Both the position numbers and the translations under genes were made by a program. Below are positions 17,184 to 24,000 of a stretch of 24,000 nt of DNA, in pieces. Origin of the DNA: Candidatus Electronema sp. PJ. Lineage in GTDB: Bacteria > Desulfobacterota > Desulfobulbia > Desulfobulbales > Desulfobulbaceae. The notes under the pieces were generated by a model that worked only from the letters and a program-made list of their open reading frames with translations, made no database searches and was not told the origin of the DNA. Each line of letters starts with the position of its first letter. The stretch's first letter is position 1. The DNA lies in the NCBI RefSeq assembly GCF_048287395.1, contig NZ_JBLWEO010000083.1:6880-30879 (forward strand). Direction: 5' to 3'.

Positions 17184-18113
17184 ATGAAAATCATCGCCCC
17201 GTCGTTTACTGTCCTTGATCATCTTGATCAGCAGAGCCTTGCTGTCCGCATCGAATATTGCGGGCGGATATGTTATAAGAGCGAAGATCGCATCACGCAT
17301 GAATCGGCCCTGCCATTTGTTGAGAAGATGGCCGAGCATGGTCACAACTCGGTGCTAGAAATGGGCGTAGTCACGCTGGAGGTCTGCGCAGAGGCAAGCG
17401 CGATCTATGAGCTTTTCCTTTGCCAGCCCAAATATTTGCACATCAGCCGCGAAGAGAACCGCCTGCTGATTACTGGCAGCATCCGAGCCTTCCGGGAAAT
17501 GCTGATGTTCCATCCAGACTGCGCTGTTATCCGGGCAACCTGTGCCTTGCTCAATGACCGCCACCCATATTTTTTCAGCAATATCCTGCCTGAAGGTGGG
17601 CTTGCCGCTGTGCCGTCGATCCTCGTGCGTAAGGTACCGCTTGAGGAAGTGGAGCGGTTGCCCATGAGAGAGCGTGCCAAACACCGGTACCTTGCGGTCA
17701 AGTTTGTTGTCAACCGCGCCGTGACCCACGAGATTGTCCGGCACCGCGTATGCAGTTTTTTGCAAGAGTCACAACGGTATTGCCGCTACAGCGACGACAA
17801 GTTTGGCAGCGAAGTGACCTTCATTAAGCCGATGTTTTGGGAAGAAGGCAGCGCGGAATATGCCATCTGGCAGCAGGCCATGCAGGAAACAGAACAGCTC
17901 TATCTGCGCCTACTCGAAACCTCGACAGCCCAAGCAGCACGGACAGTGCTGCCTAATTCGTGTAAGACCGAGATTATCGTCTATGCTAATCTGGAGCAGT
18001 GGCGACATATCTTCAAACTGCGCTGTTCTAAAGCGGCAGAGCCGTCTATGCGGGAAGTGATGGTGCCGCTAAGGGAGGAGTTTCAGCGGCGGTTTCCTGG
18101 CGTGTTTGTCTGA
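17184..18113 (+). CDS. thyX: FAD-dependent thymidylate synthase
   Basis: ThyX signature RHRxxSxxxxSxR is present as VRHRVCSFLQESQRY. At 309 aa it is at the long end for ThyX. Confidence 0.88.
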   Translation: MKIIAPSFTVLDHLDQQSLAVRIEYCGRICYKSEDRITHESALPFVEKMAEHGHNSVLEMGVVTLEVCAEASAIYELFLCQPKYLHISREENRLLITGSIRAFREMLMFHPDCAVIRATCALLNDRHPYFFSNILPEGGLAAVPSILVRKVPLEEVERLPMRERAKHRYLAVKFVVNRAVTHEIVRHRVCSFLQESQRYCRYSDDKFGSEVTFIKPMFWEEGSAEYAIWQQAMQETEQLYLRLLETSTAQAARTVLPNSCKTEIIVYANLEQWRHIFKLRCSKAAEPSMREVMVPLREEFQRRFPGVFV

Positions 18114-18173
18114 TCATTGCCCAGTGGAACGGGGAATCAATCTCTTTATGTTATAATGGAGTAACGGTTAGAA

Positions 18174-19358
18174 ATGAGTGCTGCAAAAAAGATGCTGGCC
18201 TTGGCCGAAAAGTCTTCCTGGATCCGCAAAATGTTCGAGGAAGGTGCTCGGATGAAGGCGAAGTTCGGGCCGGAGAATGTGTTTGATTTCAGCCTTGGTA
18301 ACCCGGATGTGCCGCCGCCGCGACAATTTTACCGGGTGCTGACTGAGTTAGTCCAAGCAACTCAGCCTGGAATGCACGCCTACATGCCCAACAGTGGTTA
18401 TCCCCACGTGCGGGAGGCCGTAGCAGCCCGGCTGGCACAGGAGCAGGAGGTGGCCATCAGTGCAGGCGATGTCCTCATGACCTGCGGGGCTGCGGGTGCC
18501 TTGAATGTGGCGATGAAGGCACTGCTCGATTCTGGTGATGAGGTCATTATTATTAGCCCCTTCTTTGTCGAATATACCTTTTATATTGACAATCACGGCG
18601 GGGTTGCCAAAATCGTGCCTGCGGATGCGGAATTCAACCTCGATCTTCCAGCCATTGAAGCGGCTTTACAGGACAAGACCAAGGCTGTGCTGATCAATAG
18701 TCCTAACAACCCAACAGGTCAGGTGTACAGCGCAGAATCGCTTGCTGCCCTGGGTAGGCTTTTGGCTAGCGGGGGCGAGCAGTTTGGGCACCCCGTTTAC
18801 CTGATCGCTGATGAGCCGTACCGCAAAATTATCTATGATGGCGTGGCAGTACCTTCAGTCATGACCGCGACCGTCAATTCTATTGTGGTGTCCTCGTATT
18901 CAAAGGACTTGTCTTTGCCCGGCGAGCGTATTGGCTATTTAGCTGTGCATCCTGAGATGCCGGACAAGGTTGCCTTGCTCAATGCCATGACTTTGGCCAA
19001 TCGGATCCTTGGCTTTGTCAACGCCCCCGCCCTCATGCAGCGGGCTGTCGCCCAGCTTCAGGATGTGAGCGCGGACATCTCCATTTATGCCAAGCGGCGC
19101 GACCTGTTCTGCAAGATTTTAGATGAGGCGGGCTTTGAGTATGTCCGGCCTAAAGGGGCGTTTTATCTCTTCCCTAAAACCCCGATTGATGATGTGGAGT
19201 TCTGTCAGCTGCTGCTGCAAGAAAAGATCCTGGCCGTTCCTGGACAAGGCTTTGGCAGACCAGGCTATATTCGCCTGGCCTTCTGTGTCGAAGAGGAGAT
19301 CATCAGCAAAGCAAGCGAGGGCTTCAAAAGGGTGATGCTATCTCTGCGTCGGCAATGA
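18174..19358 (+). CDS. PLP-dependent aminotransferase, class I/II (aspartate/alanine aminotransferase-like)
   Basis: PLP-lysine motif SYSKDLSLPGERIGY. INSPNNPTGQVY block. C-terminal GYIRLAF. Confidence 0.88.
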   Translation: MSAAKKMLALAEKSSWIRKMFEEGARMKAKFGPENVFDFSLGNPDVPPPRQFYRVLTELVQATQPGMHAYMPNSGYPHVREAVAARLAQEQEVAISAGDVLMTCGAAGALNVAMKALLDSGDEVIIISPFFVEYTFYIDNHGGVAKIVPADAEFNLDLPAIEAALQDKTKAVLINSPNNPTGQVYSAESLAALGRLLASGGEQFGHPVYLIADEPYRKIIYDGVAVPSVMTATVNSIVVSSYSKDLSLPGERIGYLAVHPEMPDKVALLNAMTLANRILGFVNAPALMQRAVAQLQDVSADISIYAKRRDLFCKILDEAGFEYVRPKGAFYLFPKTPIDDVEFCQLLLQEKILAVPGQGFGRPGYIRLAFCVEEEIISKASEGFKRVMLSLRRQ

Positions 19359-19511
19359 TGCTTTGGCCTGGGAGAAAGTTCCGTTCTGAGTGTGGGAAAA
19401 CACCCCATGCTCCATCTTGAAGAGAACGTTTTCCCAGGCGCAAAGAAAAAAGAGGTATCGGCGACAGAAATAGGACTATTCCTCCTTTTGGCCACCGCAT
19501 ACCTCTCTTGT

Positions 19512-20669
19512 TCAATCTCTTTCCGGCCTGACTGCCTCTTGCTCTTCAGCCCGCATTGCCAGCGCATCCTCCAGAATGGCACTGACCTCGTTGGCAGCCC
19601 GCTGCATGGCTTCATCGCGGTAATGGGCGTACCGCTGGGTCATCTGCGGACTTTTGTGCGTCATCAGCTTTTGCAATGTGAACATGTCCACCTTGCCGCT
19701 ACTGGCCAGCATGGTGGCATATACATGTCGCAGCCCATGTAATGGCCGGAAATCTGCGGGCAACCCAGCTGTATCCCTAATCGCCCTGACCTCCTTGGCA
19801 ATGTCGTTGCGCTGGCCACCACCTTGGGCCGGGAAAACATATTCACCGCCCTGCTTCGCGAGGGATTGGAACAAAGCACTTGCGCTGTTGTTGAGCGGAA
19901 TCTTCTGACTCTTCCCACCTTTTGGCTCCCGGATATGGATGAAGCCCCGCTCGAAATCTATATCATCCCATTTCAGCTTGAATAGCTCGCCCCGGCGCAT
20001 ACCAGTATATAATACGAGCCGCATCATGTTAGCCGCTGGAACGCACGTGCTTGTCTCCATCGCTTTAAAGAGCCTCCGCATCTGCTCTGGGGTCAAGTCT
20101 TCGGTCTTGATGTTGTCAACAGAGGGCATGTCAATCTTGAAGGACAGGGGGGCAGTCCAGCCTAGCCCGCAGCCGTAATTCACAATCCTCTTCAGCAGAG
20201 TTAGAACATGCTTCACCGTCTGTGGTGCAAGGGTTTTCAGCAGGTTTGTTCGTAGTCGGTCAATGTCCAGCTTAGTAAGCTCGTGCGGCTCTTTGCTACC
20301 AAAGAGTTGCTTCAGGTATTTTGCATATCTGCCAGCATCACTTTGGGTTGACCGGCTGTCAGGTAAGCAAGCGCGGTAGGCTTCCCACAGATGCGCCACT
20401 GTTCGCCGTTGACTGATCTCTTCATCAGCGGCCTTGCGTCTGTCGCGATTACTTTGCTGTTTGCCTTCGATTTTATCTGAGCGGATGCCTGCGGCTTTAA
20501 CAGGAGTCATGTTGTCCTGGTACTGGCGGCCTGCCTTTTCTTCAACCAATTTTCCGTCTTTTCTGTAGCGGATATAGTAGATCCGCTCCGTCTTTTTCCC
20601 GTTGGCTGCCATGCCCTCAATGTAGAACACCCCGGCATAGTTTGTTTTATACCGTTTCATGCTTGCCAT
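19512..20669 (-). CDS. Tyrosine-type site-specific integrase (phage integrase family)
   Basis: Catalytic residues appear intact: TGMRRGEL (Arg), HGLRHVYAT (HxxR) and RYAHY (Tyr). The N-terminal SAM-like/arm-binding region is present. Confidence 0.88.
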   Translation of the reverse strand: MASMKRYKTNYAGVFYIEGMAANGKKTERIYYIRYRKDGKLVEEKAGRQYQDNMTPVKAAGIRSDKIEGKQQSNRDRRKAADEEISQRRTVAHLWEAYRACLPDSRSTQSDAGRYAKYLKQLFGSKEPHELTKLDIDRLRTNLLKTLAPQTVKHVLTLLKRIVNYGCGLGWTAPLSFKIDMPSVDNIKTEDLTPEQMRRLFKAMETSTCVPAANMMRLVLYTGMRRGELFKLKWDDIDFERGFIHIREPKGGKSQKIPLNNSASALFQSLAKQGGEYVFPAQGGGQRNDIAKEVRAIRDTAGLPADFRPLHGLRHVYATMLASSGKVDMFTLQKLMTHKSPQMTQRYAHYRDEAMQRAANEVSAILEDALAMRAEEQEAVRPERD

Positions 20670-20785
20670 GATTCATTTCTCCCAGTACATTTCTAGCTTA
20701 GCTTCAAGCTAATGGCCTCTTGCTCCCCACCCTATTCCCCACGATAGCCGTAACTATACTGGTAAATAAGAGAGAAGTCGATACC

Positions 20786-21895
20786 ATGAAGGATTCCTTT
20801 GTAACCGGACAGCGAATTCACAAGCTGCAAGCATCGTTGCGGAGCCGCAATCTTGATGCCATTCTGATCACTGAGCCGGCAAACCGGCGGTATCTCAGCG
20901 GCTATACCCCTGTTGATCACGACATCCAGGAAAGCTCTGGTATCCTGCTGATCCCCAAAAAAGGCAGTCCCTGGTTGCTGACTGACTCCCGCTTTGAGCT
21001 GCAAGCCAAGGAGGAGGCCGTAAGTTTCACGGTCGAGCTGTACCGGAAAGGGATGTCTGTCTTGCTTAAAACACTGCTACCTTCTCTAGGGATAAAGCGA
21101 TTGGCTTTTGAGAGCCATTATTTTCTTCATTCTGCGGTTGGCAGACTTGGAGAGGTACTGGGGAAAAGCGTGGACCTGGTGCCGCTCACTGGTTTGATTG
21201 AACGGATGCGGGTGATTAAGAGTGAGGAGGAAATCCGTCTGCTGAAACAGTCTGTCCTGCGCAACGAGCAGGTGTTTCAGCAGGTGCGCAGCATGATCGC
21301 GCCAGGCATGACCGAGATCGACATCGCCTTAACCATTGAGCGCACCATGCGGGAGCTAGGCGCAGAGCGGCCCAGCTTTGAGACCATCGTCGCCTTCGGC
21401 TCTAATGCCGCCAAGCCCCATGCTGTGCCGTCAAACCGGGTGCTGAAGGAGAACGAGCTGGTTCTCATCGACATGGGCCTGGTGTTGCAAGGCTATTGCT
21501 CCGATATGACCCGTACCTTTTTTCTTGGCGAACCAGACAGCATGTTTCTTGAACGGCTGCGAACCGTGCGCCGGGCACAGCTTGCTGCGACCAAGGCAAT
21601 CCGAGCCGGTGCCGTCTGTCGAGCAGTGGATCAGGCGGCCCGGCAAATCATTGCCAATGCAGGCTACGGCAGCTATTTCGGCCACGGTCTTGGGCACGGA
21701 GTCGGTCTCGCTGTGCATGAGTCGCCGCGCCTCAGTGCGCGTAGCCGAAAACAGCTGCAAGCCGGGATGATCGTCACTATTGAACCGGGCATCTATCTGC
21801 CTAGCTGGGGTGGTATTCGGCTAGAGAATATGGCCGTTGTCCGCGAGGAAGGCTGCGAGCTGTTGAATGAGGATATCAGCGGTTTGGATCTGTAG
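20786..21895 (+). CDS. M24-family Xaa-Pro aminopeptidase/dipeptidase
   Basis: Start trimmed to ATG 20786 (MKDSFVTGQRI). Pita-bread metal ligands are present: LIDMGLVLQGYCSDMTRTF, HGLGHGVGLAVHESP, VTIEPGIY and IRLENM. Stop codon is TAG. Confidence 0.88.
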   Translation: MKDSFVTGQRIHKLQASLRSRNLDAILITEPANRRYLSGYTPVDHDIQESSGILLIPKKGSPWLLTDSRFELQAKEEAVSFTVELYRKGMSVLLKTLLPSLGIKRLAFESHYFLHSAVGRLGEVLGKSVDLVPLTGLIERMRVIKSEEEIRLLKQSVLRNEQVFQQVRSMIAPGMTEIDIALTIERTMRELGAERPSFETIVAFGSNAAKPHAVPSNRVLKENELVLIDMGLVLQGYCSDMTRTFFLGEPDSMFLERLRTVRRAQLAATKAIRAGAVCRAVDQAARQIIANAGYGSYFGHGLGHGVGLAVHESPRLSARSRKQLQAGMIVTIEPGIYLPSWGGIRLENMAVVREEGCELLNEDISGLDL

Positions 21896-21924
21896 TTCAA
21901 CCTAGAAATGCAACTAAACTACTG

Positions 21925-22195
21925 TTGCAGTTTATCCGCAAAGGTCTTTTGTTAAGCCGCAAAAAGTTGTTGCTTAACAAAAGATCTTTGTTGTTTGGCA
22001 ACCAAGAGTTGTTGTTTCGCCGCAACCTTCTTCTGCTTGGCAACAAGAGGTTTATGCCGAGCCAAAGAAGGTTGTTGCTAAACAAGAGAAGGTTGTTATT
22101 TGGCAAGAACCTTCTCTTGCCGAGCTGAAACCTTTTGTTGCTCGGCAACAACTCTTCTTTGCCGAACAACAACCCTTTGTCAGCTAACTGTTGCC
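21925..22195. repeat. Array 3: about 12-13 phased 21-nt degenerate tandem units with embedded inverted repeats
   Basis: The TTGYTNRGCA-type anchor occurs at 21949, 21970, 21991, 22012, 22033, 22054, 22075, 22096, 22117, 22138 and 22159, exactly 21 nt apart. Perfect 12-bp inverted repeat CTTTTGTTAAGC(21946-21957)/GCTTAACAAAAG(21972-21983). Perfect 9-bp inverted repeat TTGCCGAGC(22117-22125)/GCTCGGCAA(22140-22148). Confidence 0.85.
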
Positions 22196-22197
22196 CC

Positions 22198-23997
22198 TTA
22201 TAACGGGATCACAACTATCTTTGGCTTTGCCGGACAGCCTTTGGAGTTGACAGGGGTGTTGGCTGAGGTATCCGGGCATTCGTCGCTTGCGTCAGGAACT
22301 CCGTCTCCATCCGTGTCAACACATGAATATGGAGAGTCTGACACCTCGACTTCATCGGTAAACTGTGCCGACACTCCATCGCGATTGTCGGTGGCGGTCA
22401 GTTTGATCGTATATGTTCCGGCAGCGGCGTAAGTATGCGAAGGATTCTGCTCCGTCGAGGTTTCTCCATCGCCGAAATCCCAGCTCCATGACGCTATGGT
22501 GCCGTCCTGGTCAAAGCTGCGGTCGGTGAAATCAACCTTGAGGCCAGTAGCAGCGGAATTGAACAGTGCGGTTGGAAGAATATTGTCGTCTGGAATGCAA
22601 ACTAGCGCATCATGAAGATTAACCCGGCCATGCTTTGTCCAAACGAGGAAATTTTGCCCAAGAGCACCAGTTTGTTGTGCAGTTGTTTCGATACACTCCC
22701 GCACTTTCGCGTTGGTTGGATTTTGAATATAGCTCCACACCATCGCCGCAATGCCGGACACTACTGGTGTCGCCATAGAAGTGCCGGATTTCCAGTCATA
22801 GCAATCCGTGTCTCCGCTGCAATATAATGCAGGAACTGCCGCAAAAATAGTTCCTTTTCCGTCAATCATAGAAAGTGCACCTCCGGGGGCGGCGACGGAG
22901 ACCCAATCTTTATTGAAAGTGGAAAAGGATGAAAGGTTGTCATAATGATCTGTGGCGGCAACACTGATGACACTGGAATATCCAGCAGGATACTGCACGA
23001 TCATGTCGGAGTTGTTTCCTGCTCCAGCCACCAGAACAGCACCTTTGCCCCATGCGTAATCAACAGCATTTCTAATTACTGCTGAATCTTCTGGGCCAGC
23101 AATGCTCATGTTAATGACCTGATAGCCATGATCAGCAGCGTAAACGATGGCCTCTGCAAGATCAACATCTTGGCAATCGGCACCGTAGTAACCTGGTATA
23201 ATTTCCACTTCAGCGCAAACTTTAAGCGAACCAATTCTTGGCTCCCATGCTACTCCGGCCGTTCCAATGCCGTTATCTGTTTTAGCTGCGGCGATGGAGG
23301 CGACATGGGTTCCATGTCCAACGAAGTCAGTAGCATTGGGACTGGAAGAAAAATTTACTTGTTCGACACATTTGCCATTAAGATCAGGATGTGAGCATTC
23401 AACCCCGCTGTCGAGTATGGCTATTTTGACATCAGAGCTGCCATGAGTAAGTCCCCAACCTTCTGGCGCATCAATGTCCGCATCTGGGATTCCCCAGTAG
23501 GCAGGAGCAACGCATACATATTCAAAGGTGTTTGGATCAATCGAGCAGACCGCGCCGAATCCCTGTCCGGTGTTATGCAGGTGCCATTGTTCAGTAAAGT
23601 TGTTGGGAACGTTATACGGTGCAGGTAGGCTTCCTTCAGTTGTGGTCAGGGTGCGCCGGTAATTCGGTTCGGCAAACGCCACTTTGGGATTTTTCTTGTA
23701 GGCTTTGATGGCATCTGCCATTTTACCGTCCGGCACTTCCACCAGTTCAATGCCGAGCCGATTCAGTTTTTTAAGAACCTTGGCACCCGTCTTACTGTGC
23801 GATGCGCCAATATCAACTGCTGAAATACCAGGTTTGAAGGACACCAGAACTTGATTTGGGACAGGATCGAGTTTTTTCAGCTTCTTCTCTTTTTCGGAAG
23901 ACTGTCTTGGTTTGCTTACTACTGCTGAGGCATCTGAGCACAGAAACAGTGCTGTGCAGAATGCAGCTCCGGCAGCTGACAATTTCCATTTTTTCAT
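22198..23997 (-). CDS. Secreted subtilisin-like serine protease (S8) with C-terminal PKD domain and TSP3-like calcium-binding motif
   Basis: Signal peptide MKKWKLSAAGAAFCTALFLCSDASA. Catalytic triad motifs are IAILDSGV (Asp), GHGTHVASI (His) and GTSMATPVVSG (Ser). PKD-like WDFGDGETSTEQNPSHTYAAAGTYTIKLTATD. The motif DTDGDGVPDASDECPD lies near the C-terminus. Confidence 0.9.
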   Translation of the reverse strand: MKKWKLSAAGAAFCTALFLCSDASAVVSKPRQSSEKEKKLKKLDPVPNQVLVSFKPGISAVDIGASHSKTGAKVLKKLNRLGIELVEVPDGKMADAIKAYKKNPKVAFAEPNYRRTLTTTEGSLPAPYNVPNNFTEQWHLHNTGQGFGAVCSIDPNTFEYVCVAPAYWGIPDADIDAPEGWGLTHGSSDVKIAILDSGVECSHPDLNGKCVEQVNFSSSPNATDFVGHGTHVASIAAAKTDNGIGTAGVAWEPRIGSLKVCAEVEIIPGYYGADCQDVDLAEAIVYAADHGYQVINMSIAGPEDSAVIRNAVDYAWGKGAVLVAGAGNNSDMIVQYPAGYSSVISVAATDHYDNLSSFSTFNKDWVSVAAPGGALSMIDGKGTIFAAVPALYCSGDTDCYDWKSGTSMATPVVSGIAAMVWSYIQNPTNAKVRECIETTAQQTGALGQNFLVWTKHGRVNLHDALVCIPDDNILPTALFNSAATGLKVDFTDRSFDQDGTIASWSWDFGDGETSTEQNPSHTYAAAGTYTIKLTATDNRDGVSAQFTDEVEVSDSPYSCVDTDGDGVPDASDECPDTSANTPVNSKGCPAKPKIVVIPL

Positions 23998-24000
23998 AAT

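Noticed and set aside
18149-18157. Perfect extended -10 (TGTTATAAT) in front of the aminotransferase
   Set aside because: It lies only 17 nt before the ATG. A transcript starting there would exclude the GGAG ribosome-binding site at 18158-18161. It is probably fortuitous, or would produce a near-leaderless mRNA, and is not supportable from sequence alone.
19359-19511. tRNA gene or tRNA fragment as the integrase attachment site
   Set aside because: I found no cloverleaf-compatible sequence or GGTTCGAATCC-type T-arm by eye on either side of the integrase (also checked 20670-20785). A tRNA scan would be needed to be certain.
21932-21940. DnaA-box-like TTATCCGCA, and a possible dif site near xerD
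   Set aside because: There is only one 8/9 DnaA-box match with no cluster and no AT-rich unwinding element. I found no 28-bp dif-like dyad anywhere near xerD.

Overview
The window looks like chromosomal core DNA from a Gram-negative bacterium of moderate GC. The proteins have a Desulfobacterota-like flavour, but I cannot verify that here.

Gene order:
- two tandem paralogous outer-membrane porin-like genes
- a PhoB/PhoR-like two-component pair
- a secreted protein with proline/valine-rich repeats and a C-terminal beta-barrel (minus strand)
- a hydantoinase/oxoprolinase-family gene (minus strand)
- a translationally coupled P-loop NTPase + TPR gene pair
- pgm (minus strand), rpsU, xerD, pgsA
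- an alpha/beta hydrolase, thyX, a class I/II aminotransferase
- a lone tyrosine integrase (minus strand)
- an M24 Xaa-Pro peptidase
- a secreted S8 subtilase with PKD and TSP3-like C-terminal modules (minus strand)

Two things stand out.

1. The NTPase of the NTPase+TPR pair has an in-frame TAG exactly at the Walker A lysine position (GHRGSG-TAG-TTEL). The rest of the frame is intact.

2. There are four intergenic arrays of strictly phased, degenerate short tandem repeats.
- Three have a 21-nt period. Each fills the gap between a pair of convergent genes (5281-5518, 11860-12150, 21925-22195).
- The fourth has a 23-nt period and is built from palindromic hairpin units. It lies directly upstream of a candidate thyX promoter (16715-17021).

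The arrays are not CRISPR, show no transposon features, and are unlikely to be coding. I consider them the most interesting unexplained signal in the window.

All calls come from reading the sequence and ORF translations by eye. No searches were run.
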